Below are positions 10,171 to 18,846 of a stretch of 59,089 nt of DNA, piece by piece. Source of the stretch: an uncultured SAR86 cluster bacterium (lineage in GTDB: Bacteria > Pseudomonadota > Gammaproteobacteria > Magnimaribacterales > D2472). Each line of letters begins with the position of its first letter. Position 1 is the stretch's first letter. Position numbers and translations under genes: made by a program. Below the pieces are notes generated by a model. That model did no database searches. It was not told the DNA's origin and saw only the letters and a list, made by a program, of their open reading frames with translations. The stretch is taken from positions 1 to 59,089 of the forward strand of contig CABXPU010000004.1 of the NCBI GenBank assembly GCA_902514105.1, read 5' to 3'.

Positions 10171-10774
10171 TAATATTTTGATTTAGACCGAAATCTTTCA
10201 AATTAATTTCATTTGCTTCGATTAAGCTAATTATTTTTGGAAATAATTTGTGTTCAGCTTTATGAATTCTTTCTATTAATTCTTCAAGAGGTTCATTTTC
10301 TTTTACCGCAATCTTAGCTTGCGCAATTATTGGTCCAGCATCCAACTCTGCCGATACTTTATGAATGGTTACTCCATGAATAGAATCCTTATTAGCTAAA
10401 ACTTTTTCATGGGTATTTAGGCCTGGGTATTTAGGAAGAAGAGAAGGGTGAATATTTATCATCTTATCTTTATAAATTGAAGTAGCCACTTTAGACAGTA
10501 TTCTCATAAACCCAGCAAGTACAATTAGATCAGGATTAAAACCATTTATAGCTTCAACCAATTCTTCATCAAACTCTTCTCGAGAATTAAATTCATTATG
10601 ATTAATAAATTTATAAGGAATATTATGTTTTTTTGCTCTTTCAAGGCCATAAGCTTCTGATTCATTGCTAATAACAGCCACAACCTTTCCTTTAATAATA
10701 TTTAAGTCACAAGCACCAATAATCGCTTGAAGATTAGAACCGCTGCCTGAAATCAATACAACTATATTAAACAT
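10148..10774 (-). CDS. purN: Phosphoribosylglycinamide formyltransferase
   Basis: LISGSGSNLQA, LAGFMRIL, INIHPSLLP, ELDAGPII. Confidence 0.97.
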   Translation of the reverse strand: MFNIVVLISGSGSNLQAIIGACDLNIIKGKVVAVISNESEAYGLERAKKHNIPYKFINHNEFNSREEFDEELVEAINGFNPDLIVLAGFMRILSKVATSIYKDKMINIHPSLLPKYPGLNTHEKVLANKDSIHGVTIHKVSAELDAGPIIAQAKIAVKENEPLEELIERIHKAEHKLFPKIISLIEANEINLKDFGLNQNIIDENYDF

Positions 10775-10776
10775 TT

Positions 10777-11808
10777 TTATATATATGAAACTTGATCTTT
10801 AGATTCTTTGTTATGAATATTTCCTATGTGATATGCGTTATAGCCTAAATCTTTAATTAAATTAAGAGTCTCGTCTTTAATATTAGGATTAATAATTAAA
10901 GTCATACCAATACCGCAATTAAAAATTCTAAACATATCAACTTCAGATATTTCCCCTTGATCTTTAAGCCATTTAAAGATTTCCAAATATTCCCAAGAGT
11001 CTTTAAGAATATCTATATTAAGATCTTTTGGAATTATTCTTGGAATATTCTCAGTAATGCCGCCGCCTGTTATATGGGCCATACCCTTAATTTCTATTTT
11101 TTGAAGCAAACTATTAATTAAATTGGGATATAAAATCGTAGGTCTCAATGCTAATTCTTTAATTAAATTAATTTCATCATTGGGCGAAGAAGATTCGGAT
11201 ATAATTTTTCGTATTAAAGAGTAACCATTTGAATGAGGGCCAGAAGACTCTATGCCAATAATGATGTCGCCATTAGATATATCAGAACCATTTATAATTT
11301 TACTTTGATCAACTATGCCAACTGAAAATCCAGCTAGGTCAAAATTATTACCTACATAATGACCGGGCATTTCAGCTGTTTCACCACCCAAAAGGGCACA
11401 ATTACTATCCTTGCATGCCTTAGCTATACTTTTAATAATTAGAGCAGCTTGATCAACATCTAGAGCAGATGTTGCAAAATAATCTAGAAAAAATAAGGGC
11501 TGAGCTCCACATGTAATTAGATCGTTTACACACATTGCAACTAAATCTTGCCCTATCGTATCTAATTTATTATTTTCTTGCGCTAAGGCTACCTTAGTTC
11601 CAACGCCATCTGTGCATGCAACCAAAGTTGGATTATTAATAGATTCATCAATTTTTAACATTCCTGCAAAACCACCAATGCTACCTAATACATTTGGACC
11701 TTGTGTTGCGCCTACATCAGCCTTAATTTTATCTATAAGAGAGTTTCCAGCCGCGATATCAACCCCAGCTAATTTGTAAGGATCATTGTTCTTAATTTCT
11801 TTTGTCAT
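10777..11808 (-). CDS. purM: AIR synthase
   Basis: AGVDI, TDGVGTK, AMCVND, GGETAEMP, HITGGG, FNCGIG. Confidence 0.97.
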   Translation of the reverse strand: MTKEIKNNDPYKLAGVDIAAGNSLIDKIKADVGATQGPNVLGSIGGFAGMLKIDESINNPTLVACTDGVGTKVALAQENNKLDTIGQDLVAMCVNDLITCGAQPLFFLDYFATSALDVDQAALIIKSIAKACKDSNCALLGGETAEMPGHYVGNNFDLAGFSVGIVDQSKIINGSDISNGDIIIGIESSGPHSNGYSLIRKIISESSSPNDEINLIKELALRPTILYPNLINSLLQKIEIKGMAHITGGGITENIPRIIPKDLNIDILKDSWEYLEIFKWLKDQGEISEVDMFRIFNCGIGMTLIINPNIKDETLNLIKDLGYNAYHIGNIHNKESKDQVSYI

Positions 11809-11824
11809 TTAAAATATCCAGATA

Positions 11825-12838
11825 ATGAAAATAAGCAGTCAATCTTTTAATTTATTAATTATAATTGTAATTATCTTTTCTAATTCATCCTTTGGAAAGG
11901 AATTTAATAAACTTTTTGAAATAACTACTCCAGTAGATGAGATTTCAAATATTGATAATGCTATAAATAAATCTTTCAATGACCTTATTTTAAGACTTAC
12001 AGGGACTAACAATTCAAAAATTATTAAATCTATTGCGCCATCTCTAAAAGCTAAAAAAGATTTTTTAATCAGCTATGAATCAATAAATATTGATGAAGTT
12101 CCATATTTAGTTTCTAGGTTTAATAAAGACAGCCTAATTCAAAAGCTGGATAATCTTAACATCTCCGTAATTGGTTATGACAGACCAATAGTCTTATTAC
12201 TTATAGGTGTTGAAGATGGTTACGAAGATCCATATATTTTAAATACTTCGTCTAACTCTGCTCTTGATAAAGAAATTAAAAACTTATTAAAAAATATTTC
12301 CAATCAAAGAGGAATTTTTTTTGAATTACCGGTATTTGATTTAGAGGATATGACCGAGCTGAGTAATATAACCGTATTTGATTCAGAAGAGGCAATTATT
12401 TTGCCTAATTATCAGTATGATTTTCTTATTAAATTAGATATTTCACAAACAATCATAAATAAATGGACTTTAACTGGAGATATTCAATCTAAAGAGCCCA
12501 ACAACCTTGCAGTTACATTGCAGAGTTTAAATAAAACACTGTCTTATTTAAGTAATGATTTTCTATCTTCATTTAAAATTCCTGATCAAGAAAGCTCAGT
12601 TAAGGTAGTTGTCCGCAATATTAATTCTTACGAAGAATTATCAAAACTCCAGGATGGCCTGAACCGTTTTTTATCTATCAAAAGGATTAGTATCAAAAGC
12701 TATGTAGATAATTCAATTACTTATACTTTCGATATAAAAGGTAGCATTGAATCTTTTAGAAAAGAAATTAATTCAAATTCATTTCTGCAATTGATAGATG
12801 TTGATGAGAATGTTACTTTTGTTTCTTTAAGCAATTAA
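11825..12838 (+). CDS. Exported protein, DUF2066-like
   Basis: Signal peptide; RLTG, RP and RGI..LP.FDLED motifs; divergent from purM. Confidence 0.65.
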   Translation: MKISSQSFNLLIIIVIIFSNSSFGKEFNKLFEITTPVDEISNIDNAINKSFNDLILRLTGTNNSKIIKSIAPSLKAKKDFLISYESINIDEVPYLVSRFNKDSLIQKLDNLNISVIGYDRPIVLLLIGVEDGYEDPYILNTSSNSALDKEIKNLLKNISNQRGIFFELPVFDLEDMTELSNITVFDSEEAIILPNYQYDFLIKLDISQTIINKWTLTGDIQSKEPNNLAVTLQSLNKTLSYLSNDFLSSFKIPDQESSVKVVVRNINSYEELSKLQDGLNRFLSIKRISIKSYVDNSITYTFDIKGSIESFRKEINSNSFLQLIDVDENVTFVSLSN

Positions 12839-12840
12839 TC

Positions 12841-13395
12841 ATGAGCCAATATTTTATCTTCATACCCAATCTTTTATCTTTGATGAGGATAGGCCTTGTG
12901 TATCCGATCCTAAATGCGATATACATTGGTGATTACTTATTAGGATTAATATATTTTATTATTGCATCTCTTACAGATGCTTTAGATGGATTTTTGGCTA
13001 GGAGAATGAATTGGTATACAGAGCTAGGTAAGATTTTAGATCCTGTGGCAGATAAACTCCTTTTGATTGGAACAATCTTTGTCTTATGGGTTAATAACTT
13101 TATACCTCTTTTCGTTTTTATTATATTAATAAGCAGGGATGTATTAATTCTACTTGGAGCAGCTATGCATATGACATTTGTAACGAGTAATGCTCCTAAC
13201 CCAAATCTTTTAGGAAAAATAACTACAGGTGTTCAAATAGCATATATTATTCAAATTTTAATATTACAAGCGCTAGGAGCAAACATTCATATTCTCTGGC
13301 TTGATTGGTTAACAATAATAGTAACAATTTTAAGCCTTGGTGTTTATGGGTCTGAATGGTTTAAATCTATTAAAGGTCAGCATGACAAACCCTAG
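12841..13395 (+). CDS. CDP-alcohol phosphatidyltransferase family protein
   Basis: PNLLS, TDALDGFLARR...GKILDPVADK signature. Confidence 0.9.
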   Translation: MSQYFIFIPNLLSLMRIGLVYPILNAIYIGDYLLGLIYFIIASLTDALDGFLARRMNWYTELGKILDPVADKLLLIGTIFVLWVNNFIPLFVFIILISRDVLILLGAAMHMTFVTSNAPNPNLLGKITTGVQIAYIIQILILQALGANIHILWLDWLTIIVTILSLGVYGSEWFKSIKGQHDKP

Positions 13396-13887
13396 GCAAT
13401 TAACATTTCCATTTAGCATAGATAAAAAATCTTCAATTAAAAAATTTTTTATTCCAAAAGGTTCCGAAGCTCTCATTAATGAATTATCAAATAAAAATGG
13501 AGATGATATTTTCTTAAGAGGATATAAAGGAAGCGGAAAAACATATCTTCTCCAAGCAGCCTGCAATGATCTTAATAATCTTAAGTTTGCTACAAGCTAC
13601 ATACCTTTAAATGAAGCTATTAAATTGGACACAAAATTACTTGATGGGCTCGAATCCTTAGATTTGGTTTGCATAGATGATATAGATAAGATTTCCTCTA
13701 ATAAGGACTGGGAGGTTGCATGTTTTAACCTTATCAACAGATGCAATGAATCTAGTTGCAGATTAATCTTTAGTTGCAAAGAGATTTACCCTCAGCAATA
13801 GATTTAATTAAAAGGATTGATGAATATTCAATGGGATCGAAACGCAGAATAACGATCCCATTAATTAAAGAATTACTATCGAATTAA
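13382..13887 (+). pseudogene. hda: DnaA regulatory inactivator Hda, internally deleted and frameshifted
   Basis: The N-part (QLTFPF clamp motif, GSGKT, VCIDD) stops at 13801. The Hda C-terminus RDLPSAIDLIKRIDEYSMGSKRRITIPLIKELLSN* is in the -1 frame from about 13780 to 13887. About 60 codons between them are absent. Confidence 0.8.
13830..13862. repeat. 10-bp perfect inverted repeat, possible terminator between convergent hda and sppA
   Basis: AATGGGATCG-N13-CGATCCCATT. Confidence 0.45.
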
Positions 13888-13890
13888 GTT

Positions 13891-15726
13891 TTAATTCAAT
13901 AAATCACATTCGCTGCAATAAGAAATAGGCTTCAATTGACCGTTTTGTTGAACAAGTTGATCAAAGGCTTTTAATTCCTTATATATAAGCTTTCTAGTTG
14001 AGCTAAATGGAATATCTAATTTAATAAAACTAAGATCAAAAAATACTTCCCATGGCTCTAGATCCCTTTTGTAATATTTTACTTTATAGCTGTCTAATTC
14101 ATTGGATTCAGCAACATGAGCTATCACATCATTGAGAGTACCAAGCTTATCGACTAAACCTAATTCTTGGGCTTTATTTCCAGCCCAAATTCTGCCCCCA
14201 GCAATTTTTAAGACTTCTTCATATTCCATATCTCTATTATTGGCTACTTGAGACACAAATGTTTCATATATACCATCAACATTAGATTGAAATAAATCTT
14301 TCATATAATCAGGCATAGGTTCAGAAGGATCCCATTCACCCATTTTTGTAGAACTTACTCCATCAACATTTATTCCTGCCCAATCCAAAGCTCTTCCTAA
14401 GGTAGGAACTATTGAATAGACACCAATTGAGCCAGTAAGAGTATTTTCTTCAGCCCAGATTTCAGTTGAGTTTGTTGTAACCCAAACACCTCCTGATGCA
14501 GCGACATTTCCCATAGAAGTGTAAACCTTTCTGTCAGTTGATTTGAAATCATCTAAAGCATTTAATATTAGCTCAGAAGCATATACATCTCCGCCACCAC
14601 TATTTACTCTTAATATAAGAGCCTTAACATTTTTGTCATTCTTAGCTTTATAGATTTTATCAACAATAGAATCTGACCCAGCAGTCCCTTGCGACTCCTG
14701 CCCAGTCATAATGATGCCTTCAACATTTATAATTGCAATAATGTCTTTAGCTTCGTCATCAAAACTTGAATCTAATGTAGATAAATAATCATCATATGAG
14801 ACTCCTTCAGGCCATTTATCGTTATCTTTATCTTCACTCCCAAATTCTTCAATCATATAATCTCTTATTTCTTCATGCTTCATAAGCCCATCAACTAATC
14901 CAAGATTTAGAGCAACTCTTGGGAAATCTCCCTTTTCATCTTTAGTTAAAATATCAAAATTATCTCCATAGGATTGTATTGTTCCTGGCTTTAGATTTCT
15001 TCCAGCTTCCATTTTTTGTTTGTATGTATCCCATAAAGGATTAGCAAAAGCATTCCATGCTATTTTGTCATTTTCTGACATGTCATTCCTTGTATAGGGC
15101 TCAGGACCAGATTTAAAGTCTCCTGCAGTAAATATCTCATAGTCAATCTTTACATTATTGTAAAATTCTTGCATATACTCACGTTTTCTTGAAAAACCTG
15201 AAGGCATAATACCGCTATAGCTATTTGTATTTAGATATAACTCTGTAGCTTGAGAAGCTACCAAATAATCACTGGTAACCAAACCGTCTGTATAAGCGAT
15301 TACACGAATATCGTTATCAACAATTTTTTTCACAGCATCTGCTATAGCAAGGGAAAAAACCTGACCTCCCATAGATAAGTTATCAACATCAAGATATACA
15401 GCTTTCAAATTTGTATCATTTGCTACTGCATCCAATACTCTTAAAACATCTCTAATTGCATAGACATTAGGCTGACTATCTCCAGCTAAAATTATGCTTA
15501 CTGGATCAGGTGGACCACTTTGAGGTTGATCTACTAAAACGCCAGCAAGTTCTAGGTATAAAATTTTATCTTTTGTATCTATCTCTTCATCTCCAGAGAA
15601 AGCACCTGCAATACCTCCTAGTAGAGAAAAAGTAACAAATAATAAAAATATTAAAGTAAAACCAGCAACAAATATTCTTCTAGCTTTATTTAAATAACCC
15701 TCAATCCATATAAACATACTCTTCAT
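13891..15726 (-). CDS. sppA: Signal peptide peptidase SppA (protease IV, long form)
   Basis: Tandem S49 domains; GDFKSGPEP (catalytic Lys), LRVNSGGG, AASGG (catalytic Ser), TGSIGV; SD AAGGAG. Confidence 0.93.
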   Translation of the reverse strand: MKSMFIWIEGYLNKARRIFVAGFTLIFLLFVTFSLLGGIAGAFSGDEEIDTKDKILYLELAGVLVDQPQSGPPDPVSIILAGDSQPNVYAIRDVLRVLDAVANDTNLKAVYLDVDNLSMGGQVFSLAIADAVKKIVDNDIRVIAYTDGLVTSDYLVASQATELYLNTNSYSGIMPSGFSRKREYMQEFYNNVKIDYEIFTAGDFKSGPEPYTRNDMSENDKIAWNAFANPLWDTYKQKMEAGRNLKPGTIQSYGDNFDILTKDEKGDFPRVALNLGLVDGLMKHEEIRDYMIEEFGSEDKDNDKWPEGVSYDDYLSTLDSSFDDEAKDIIAIINVEGIIMTGQESQGTAGSDSIVDKIYKAKNDKNVKALILRVNSGGGDVYASELILNALDDFKSTDRKVYTSMGNVAASGGVWVTTNSTEIWAEENTLTGSIGVYSIVPTLGRALDWAGINVDGVSSTKMGEWDPSEPMPDYMKDLFQSNVDGIYETFVSQVANNRDMEYEEVLKIAGGRIWAGNKAQELGLVDKLGTLNDVIAHVAESNELDSYKVKYYKRDLEPWEVFFDLSFIKLDIPFSSTRKLIYKELKAFDQLVQQNGQLKPISYCSECDLLN

Positions 15727-15748
15727 AGCTTTCTCCTTATTGTTGTAA

Positions 15749-15820
15749 CTAAACTAAAAAATAAAAATACAGTATTCCGGATATTAAGACCGTCACACTA
15801 ATTAATAGACTAATAAACAT
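15749..15820 (-). CDS. 23-aa single-TM micropeptide (uncalled)
   Basis: MFISLLISVTVLISGILYFYFLV*; GGAG 8 nt before the ATG; starts 2 nt after the XRE stop and fills the gap to sppA. Confidence 0.5.
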   Translation of the reverse strand: MFISLLISVTVLISGILYFYFLV

Positions 15821-15822
15821 AA

Positions 15823-16017
15823 TTAATTCTCCGTGTAAAAAATATCTTCAATTCTCTTGTTAAAAAATTTTGCTATCTTCATAGCCAGGGGGAGAGATGG
15901 ATCAAATTTTCCATTCTCAATAGAGTTGATAGTCTGTCGACTAACATTAAGGTTTGAACCAAAAGCATCTTGGCTCAATTTTAATTCTTCTCTAAGATTT
16001 TTAAGATTGTTCTTCAT
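15823..16017 (-). CDS. XRE-family HTH transcriptional regulator
   Basis: MKNNLKNLR..LSQ...VSRQTINSIENGKFDPSLPLAMKIAKFF...IEDIF, a 64-aa stand-alone HTH_3. Confidence 0.93.
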   Translation of the reverse strand: MKNNLKNLREELKLSQDAFGSNLNVSRQTINSIENGKFDPSLPLAMKIAKFFNKRIEDIFYTEN

Positions 16018-16477
16018 TAATATCTATTGCATACATTTGTTTATAAACTTTTCTTGCACCTATAGATATCCCAACGCTATACAAAAGAAAGTACTCAAAA
16101 AATACAAAATCAAAACCCATAAAGACTTCTAGCGGCCATGCAACAAGAAAACCGACTATCCAAAAGAAATTAATTCCCCAAATATTAGCTTTGATATTAA
16201 AATCAACAAAACCTTCATCCTGTCGTTTCATAAAATTATTCATTAACTTTACACTCAGAAAAAAGCATACGATTGCAACTGGGTAAAGGTATGAATAAAT
16301 CCATTCCAAAGTATTAACTCCCCCTAATATTCTCTCACCCCAAATACCACCTAAAATTACACCAGATATTCCTGAAGCTATAGTGAGAAGAGCTATGCCA
16401 GCTCCATATTCTTTTTTATCCTGTTTAGACAATGAAGACCATTTAATATTTAAACCGCCCATGTTTACTTCTGCCAT
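16001..16477 (-). CDS. 4-TM membrane protein coupled to the XRE regulator
   Basis: Four hydrophobic segments, RQDE loop motif, SD GAGG, 17-nt overlap with the XRE gene. Confidence 0.8.
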   Translation of the reverse strand: MAEVNMGGLNIKWSSLSKQDKKEYGAGIALLTIASGISGVILGGIWGERILGGVNTLEWIYSYLYPVAIVCFFLSVKLMNNFMKRQDEGFVDFNIKANIWGINFFWIVGFLVAWPLEVFMGFDFVFFEYFLLYSVGISIGARKVYKQMYAIDINEEQS

Positions 16478-16501
16478 TATTTATTCCTCTTTGTAATTTG
16501 T

Positions 16502-16600
16502 TTAAAGGATTTCTTTCTCTTTGAGAGTTTCTATTAATTTATGCAAACGCACAAAGGCTACCATCCCAAAAACAAATCCTAATATTCCAAAAGTCTCCAT
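16502..16600 (-). CDS. 32-aa single-TM small protein (uncalled)
   Basis: METFGILGFVFGMVAFVRLHKLIETLKEKEIL*; SD GGAG; first ORF after the consensus promoter. Confidence 0.7.
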   Translation of the reverse strand: METFGILGFVFGMVAFVRLHKLIETLKEKEIL

Positions 16601-16631
16601 AAAGTCTCCAATTTAAATTATTTCTTAGGAT

Positions 16632-16673
16632 ATTATATGTAAAGTAAACTTTACATGTCAAGGTAACTTTACA
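16632..16673 (-). promoter_or_regulatory. Consensus sigma70 promoter with two tandem 18-bp palindromic operators
   Basis: TTGACA (16661-16656)-18 bp-TATAAT (16637-16632). The spacer is the palindrome TGTAAAGTAAACTTTACA; a second copy TGTCAAGGTAACTTTACA covers the -35. Confidence 0.9.
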
Positions 16674-17006
16674 TTAATTATTCGAATGAATAGTCTTTGG
16701 ACCGTACATAGAATGAATAAATAAGATGATGATAAAAGAAATCTCAAAGATATCGAGAAGAGGCCCATTAATACCAAAAACCCTTAGGGAGGCAAGCAGA
16801 AAATATATTAATAAGATAAAACAAAAGCTTTGATAAGCTTTAATCGATTTTTTTAGTAAAAAAGGTATGAAGCTTAATAGGGGCAATGACCAAATTATAA
16901 AAACTATATAATTAATTCTCCCAGTAAAAACTATTAAAAGTTTTACAAAAATTAAGCTAACAATCAATCCCATGGTTATTTGAGTAAATGTTTTAACTTT
17001 AAGCAT
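16674..17006 (-). CDS. DUF2069-like membrane protein
   Basis: LPLL...KAYQSFCFILLIYF pattern; directly downstream of wrbA. Confidence 0.7.
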   Translation of the reverse strand: MLKVKTFTQITMGLIVSLIFVKLLIVFTGRINYIVFIIWSLPLLSFIPFLLKKSIKAYQSFCFILLIYFLLASLRVFGINGPLLDIFEISFIIILFIHSMYGPKTIHSNN

Positions 17007-17592
17007 TTAGTTTTTGAATAATTTTTGCCATTCTTTTGCCTGTCTCAAATGCAATTTTATATTCATCAGGAGTAATGTTAGAACTGGAATTAAAACTTTC
17101 TACATGGGATGGGCCATAAGGGGTTCCGCCAGCTTCAGTTTTATTAAGTTCTTTTATGGAGTAAGGGGAGCCAACAACCAGCATGCCTTGATGCAGTTGA
17201 TATGTTAATAAGTTCATTAATGTTAACTCCTGATCACCATGCATTGAACCTGTTGAAGTGAAGGCGCACCCAGGAACACCCTCCAATGAATTTGATGTCC
17301 AGATATCACCGGTTGTATCTAAAAAATACTTTAATGGGGCTGCCATAGATCCAAATCTTGTAGGCGATCCCAAAGCAAGACCTGAACAATTAATTAGTTC
17401 TTCTTTTGAGCAAAATATTTCACCTTTTTCAGGAATAAGAGGCTCGCTTGATTCGTTATTAGGAGATACTCTTGGAACAGTTCTAATTTTTACATCTAAA
17501 TTTAATTCTTCTGCGCCATCTGCAAGCGCATGAGCTAAATTTTTAACTGCACCGCTAGCAGAATAAAATAGTATTAATAAATATTTATCCAT
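16999..17592 (-). CDS. wrbA: NAD(P)H:quinone oxidoreductase WrbA
   Basis: RTVP, LGSPTRFG, FTSTGSMHG.QE, GGTPYGPSH. Confidence 0.92.
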   Translation of the reverse strand: MDKYLLILFYSASGAVKNLAHALADGAEELNLDVKIRTVPRVSPNNESSEPLIPEKGEIFCSKEELINCSGLALGSPTRFGSMAAPLKYFLDTTGDIWTSNSLEGVPGCAFTSTGSMHGDQELTLMNLLTYQLHQGMLVVGSPYSIKELNKTEAGGTPYGPSHVESFNSSSNITPDEYKIAFETGKRMAKIIQKLNA

Positions 17593-17625
17593 TATTTTTT
17601 ATCTTCTTTGTAATATTATATGCAC

Positions 17626-18075
17626 ATGAAAAATAAAATTATATCGTTATTCTTCTTGTTTGTTTTATTTGCATGTCAGAAGGCTGATATAGATATTCAT
17701 AATGCTGATGATATATTTTCATCAGAATTAAAAGGTCAGTGGGTAATGATAAATTATTGGGCCGATTGGTGCCCGTCATGTATAAAAGAAATGCCCGAAC
17801 TTATTGCTTTTGATAGAGCCAATAATGATGTTCAAGTTTTTGCTTTTAATTTTGATCAATTAGAAGGAGAAGATTTAACTTATGAAATTAAAAAATTTGG
17901 TGTGAAAATTCCATCTATACTTTCTCATCCAAGAGATATTTGGGGAATAGAATCTCCTGCTACTCTTCCCGCAACTTATTTTATTAACCCTGAAGGAGAG
18001 CTTGTGCAAAGCCTATTTAGACCTCAAACTCAGGCGTCTTTAGAAGAAATTTTAGAAATTCTAAAAAAGGGTTAA
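17626..18075 (+). CDS. TlpA-family thiol:disulfide reductase lipoprotein
   Basis: Lipobox LFAC; INYWADWCPSCIKEMP; LPATY. The second ATG (17626) is the likelier start. Confidence 0.88.
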   Translation: MKNKIISLFFLFVLFACQKADIDIHNADDIFSSELKGQWVMINYWADWCPSCIKEMPELIAFDRANNDVQVFAFNFDQLEGEDLTYEIKKFGVKIPSILSHPRDIWGIESPATLPATYFINPEGELVQSLFRPQTQASLEEILEILKKG

Positions 18076-18846
18076 TAAAAAATTATCTTTTAATAAGTTC
18101 TCGGGGTTTATTTTTTCTTGGTTTAGATAGACAGTCCAATGCAAATGAGGCCCGGTTACTCTTCCTGTTTCACCAACAGTTCCAATCATATCGCCTTGCT
18201 GAACCATTTGACCTTCTTTTGTATTAATAGAATCAAGATGGCTATATGAAGATATAAGTCCGAATCCATGATCTATAATTATTGTGTTACCTGTATAAAA
18301 AAAATTCCCAATTAAAATTGTTTTACCTTTTAGTGGAGCTACAATTTCAACTCCTAAATTGGCAGCAATATCTAGAGCAAGATGAGGTGAGCGAGGCTGC
18401 TCATTTATAAATCTTTTTTTGCCATACCTGCTAGAAATTACCCCCTCCACAGGATTTATAAAATTAAAAGAAGGGCTTAATGTCGTATTGTAAGTTTTAA
18501 CAGCATTTCTAATTAATACCGCTTCAGCATTTGCTCTTTTTCTATCTTTTGCATTTAAATTAACTTTAGAGACATCTGCAATAGTGATTCTAGATTCTCC
18601 AAAATCTTTATATTTAATTTCAATATTTTTGACTCCAATTTTTTTAATACTAGTTTGAGAAACGTAAGGCAATCCTATTATTAAATATTCTGATTGATCA
18701 TGTTTTAAAATTAATTCATTAACAGATAAAGGCTCATAGTTATTAATAGCTAAAATATCTCCAGAAGTTCCAGACATTCTTTCAGAAGCCTCTATGATAA
18801 AAGGAAATAAAAATACCAATACAATCCAATAATTATTATTCTTCAT
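18061..18846 (-). CDS. M23 family metallopeptidase
   Basis: HLALD (HxxxD), TGPHLHW (HxH), signal peptide from ATG 18846. Confidence 0.9.
   Translation of the reverse strand: MKNNNYWIVLVFLFPFIIEASERMSGTSGDILAINNYEPLSVNELILKHDQSEYLIIGLPYVSQTSIKKIGVKNIEIKYKDFGESRITIADVSKVNLNAKDRKRANAEAVLIRNAVKTYNTTLSPSFNFINPVEGVISSRYGKKRFINEQPRSPHLALDIAANLGVEIVAPLKGKTILIGNFFYTGNTIIIDHGFGLISSYSHLDSINTKEGQMVQQGDMIGTVGETGRVTGPHLHWTVYLNQEKINPENLLKDNFLLTLF

Noticed and set aside
13770-13862. Programmed -1 frameshift rescuing hda via the downstream hairpin
   Set aside because: No X XXY YYZ heptamer at the junction, the hairpin is about 45 nt away, and the product would still lack the arginine-finger region.
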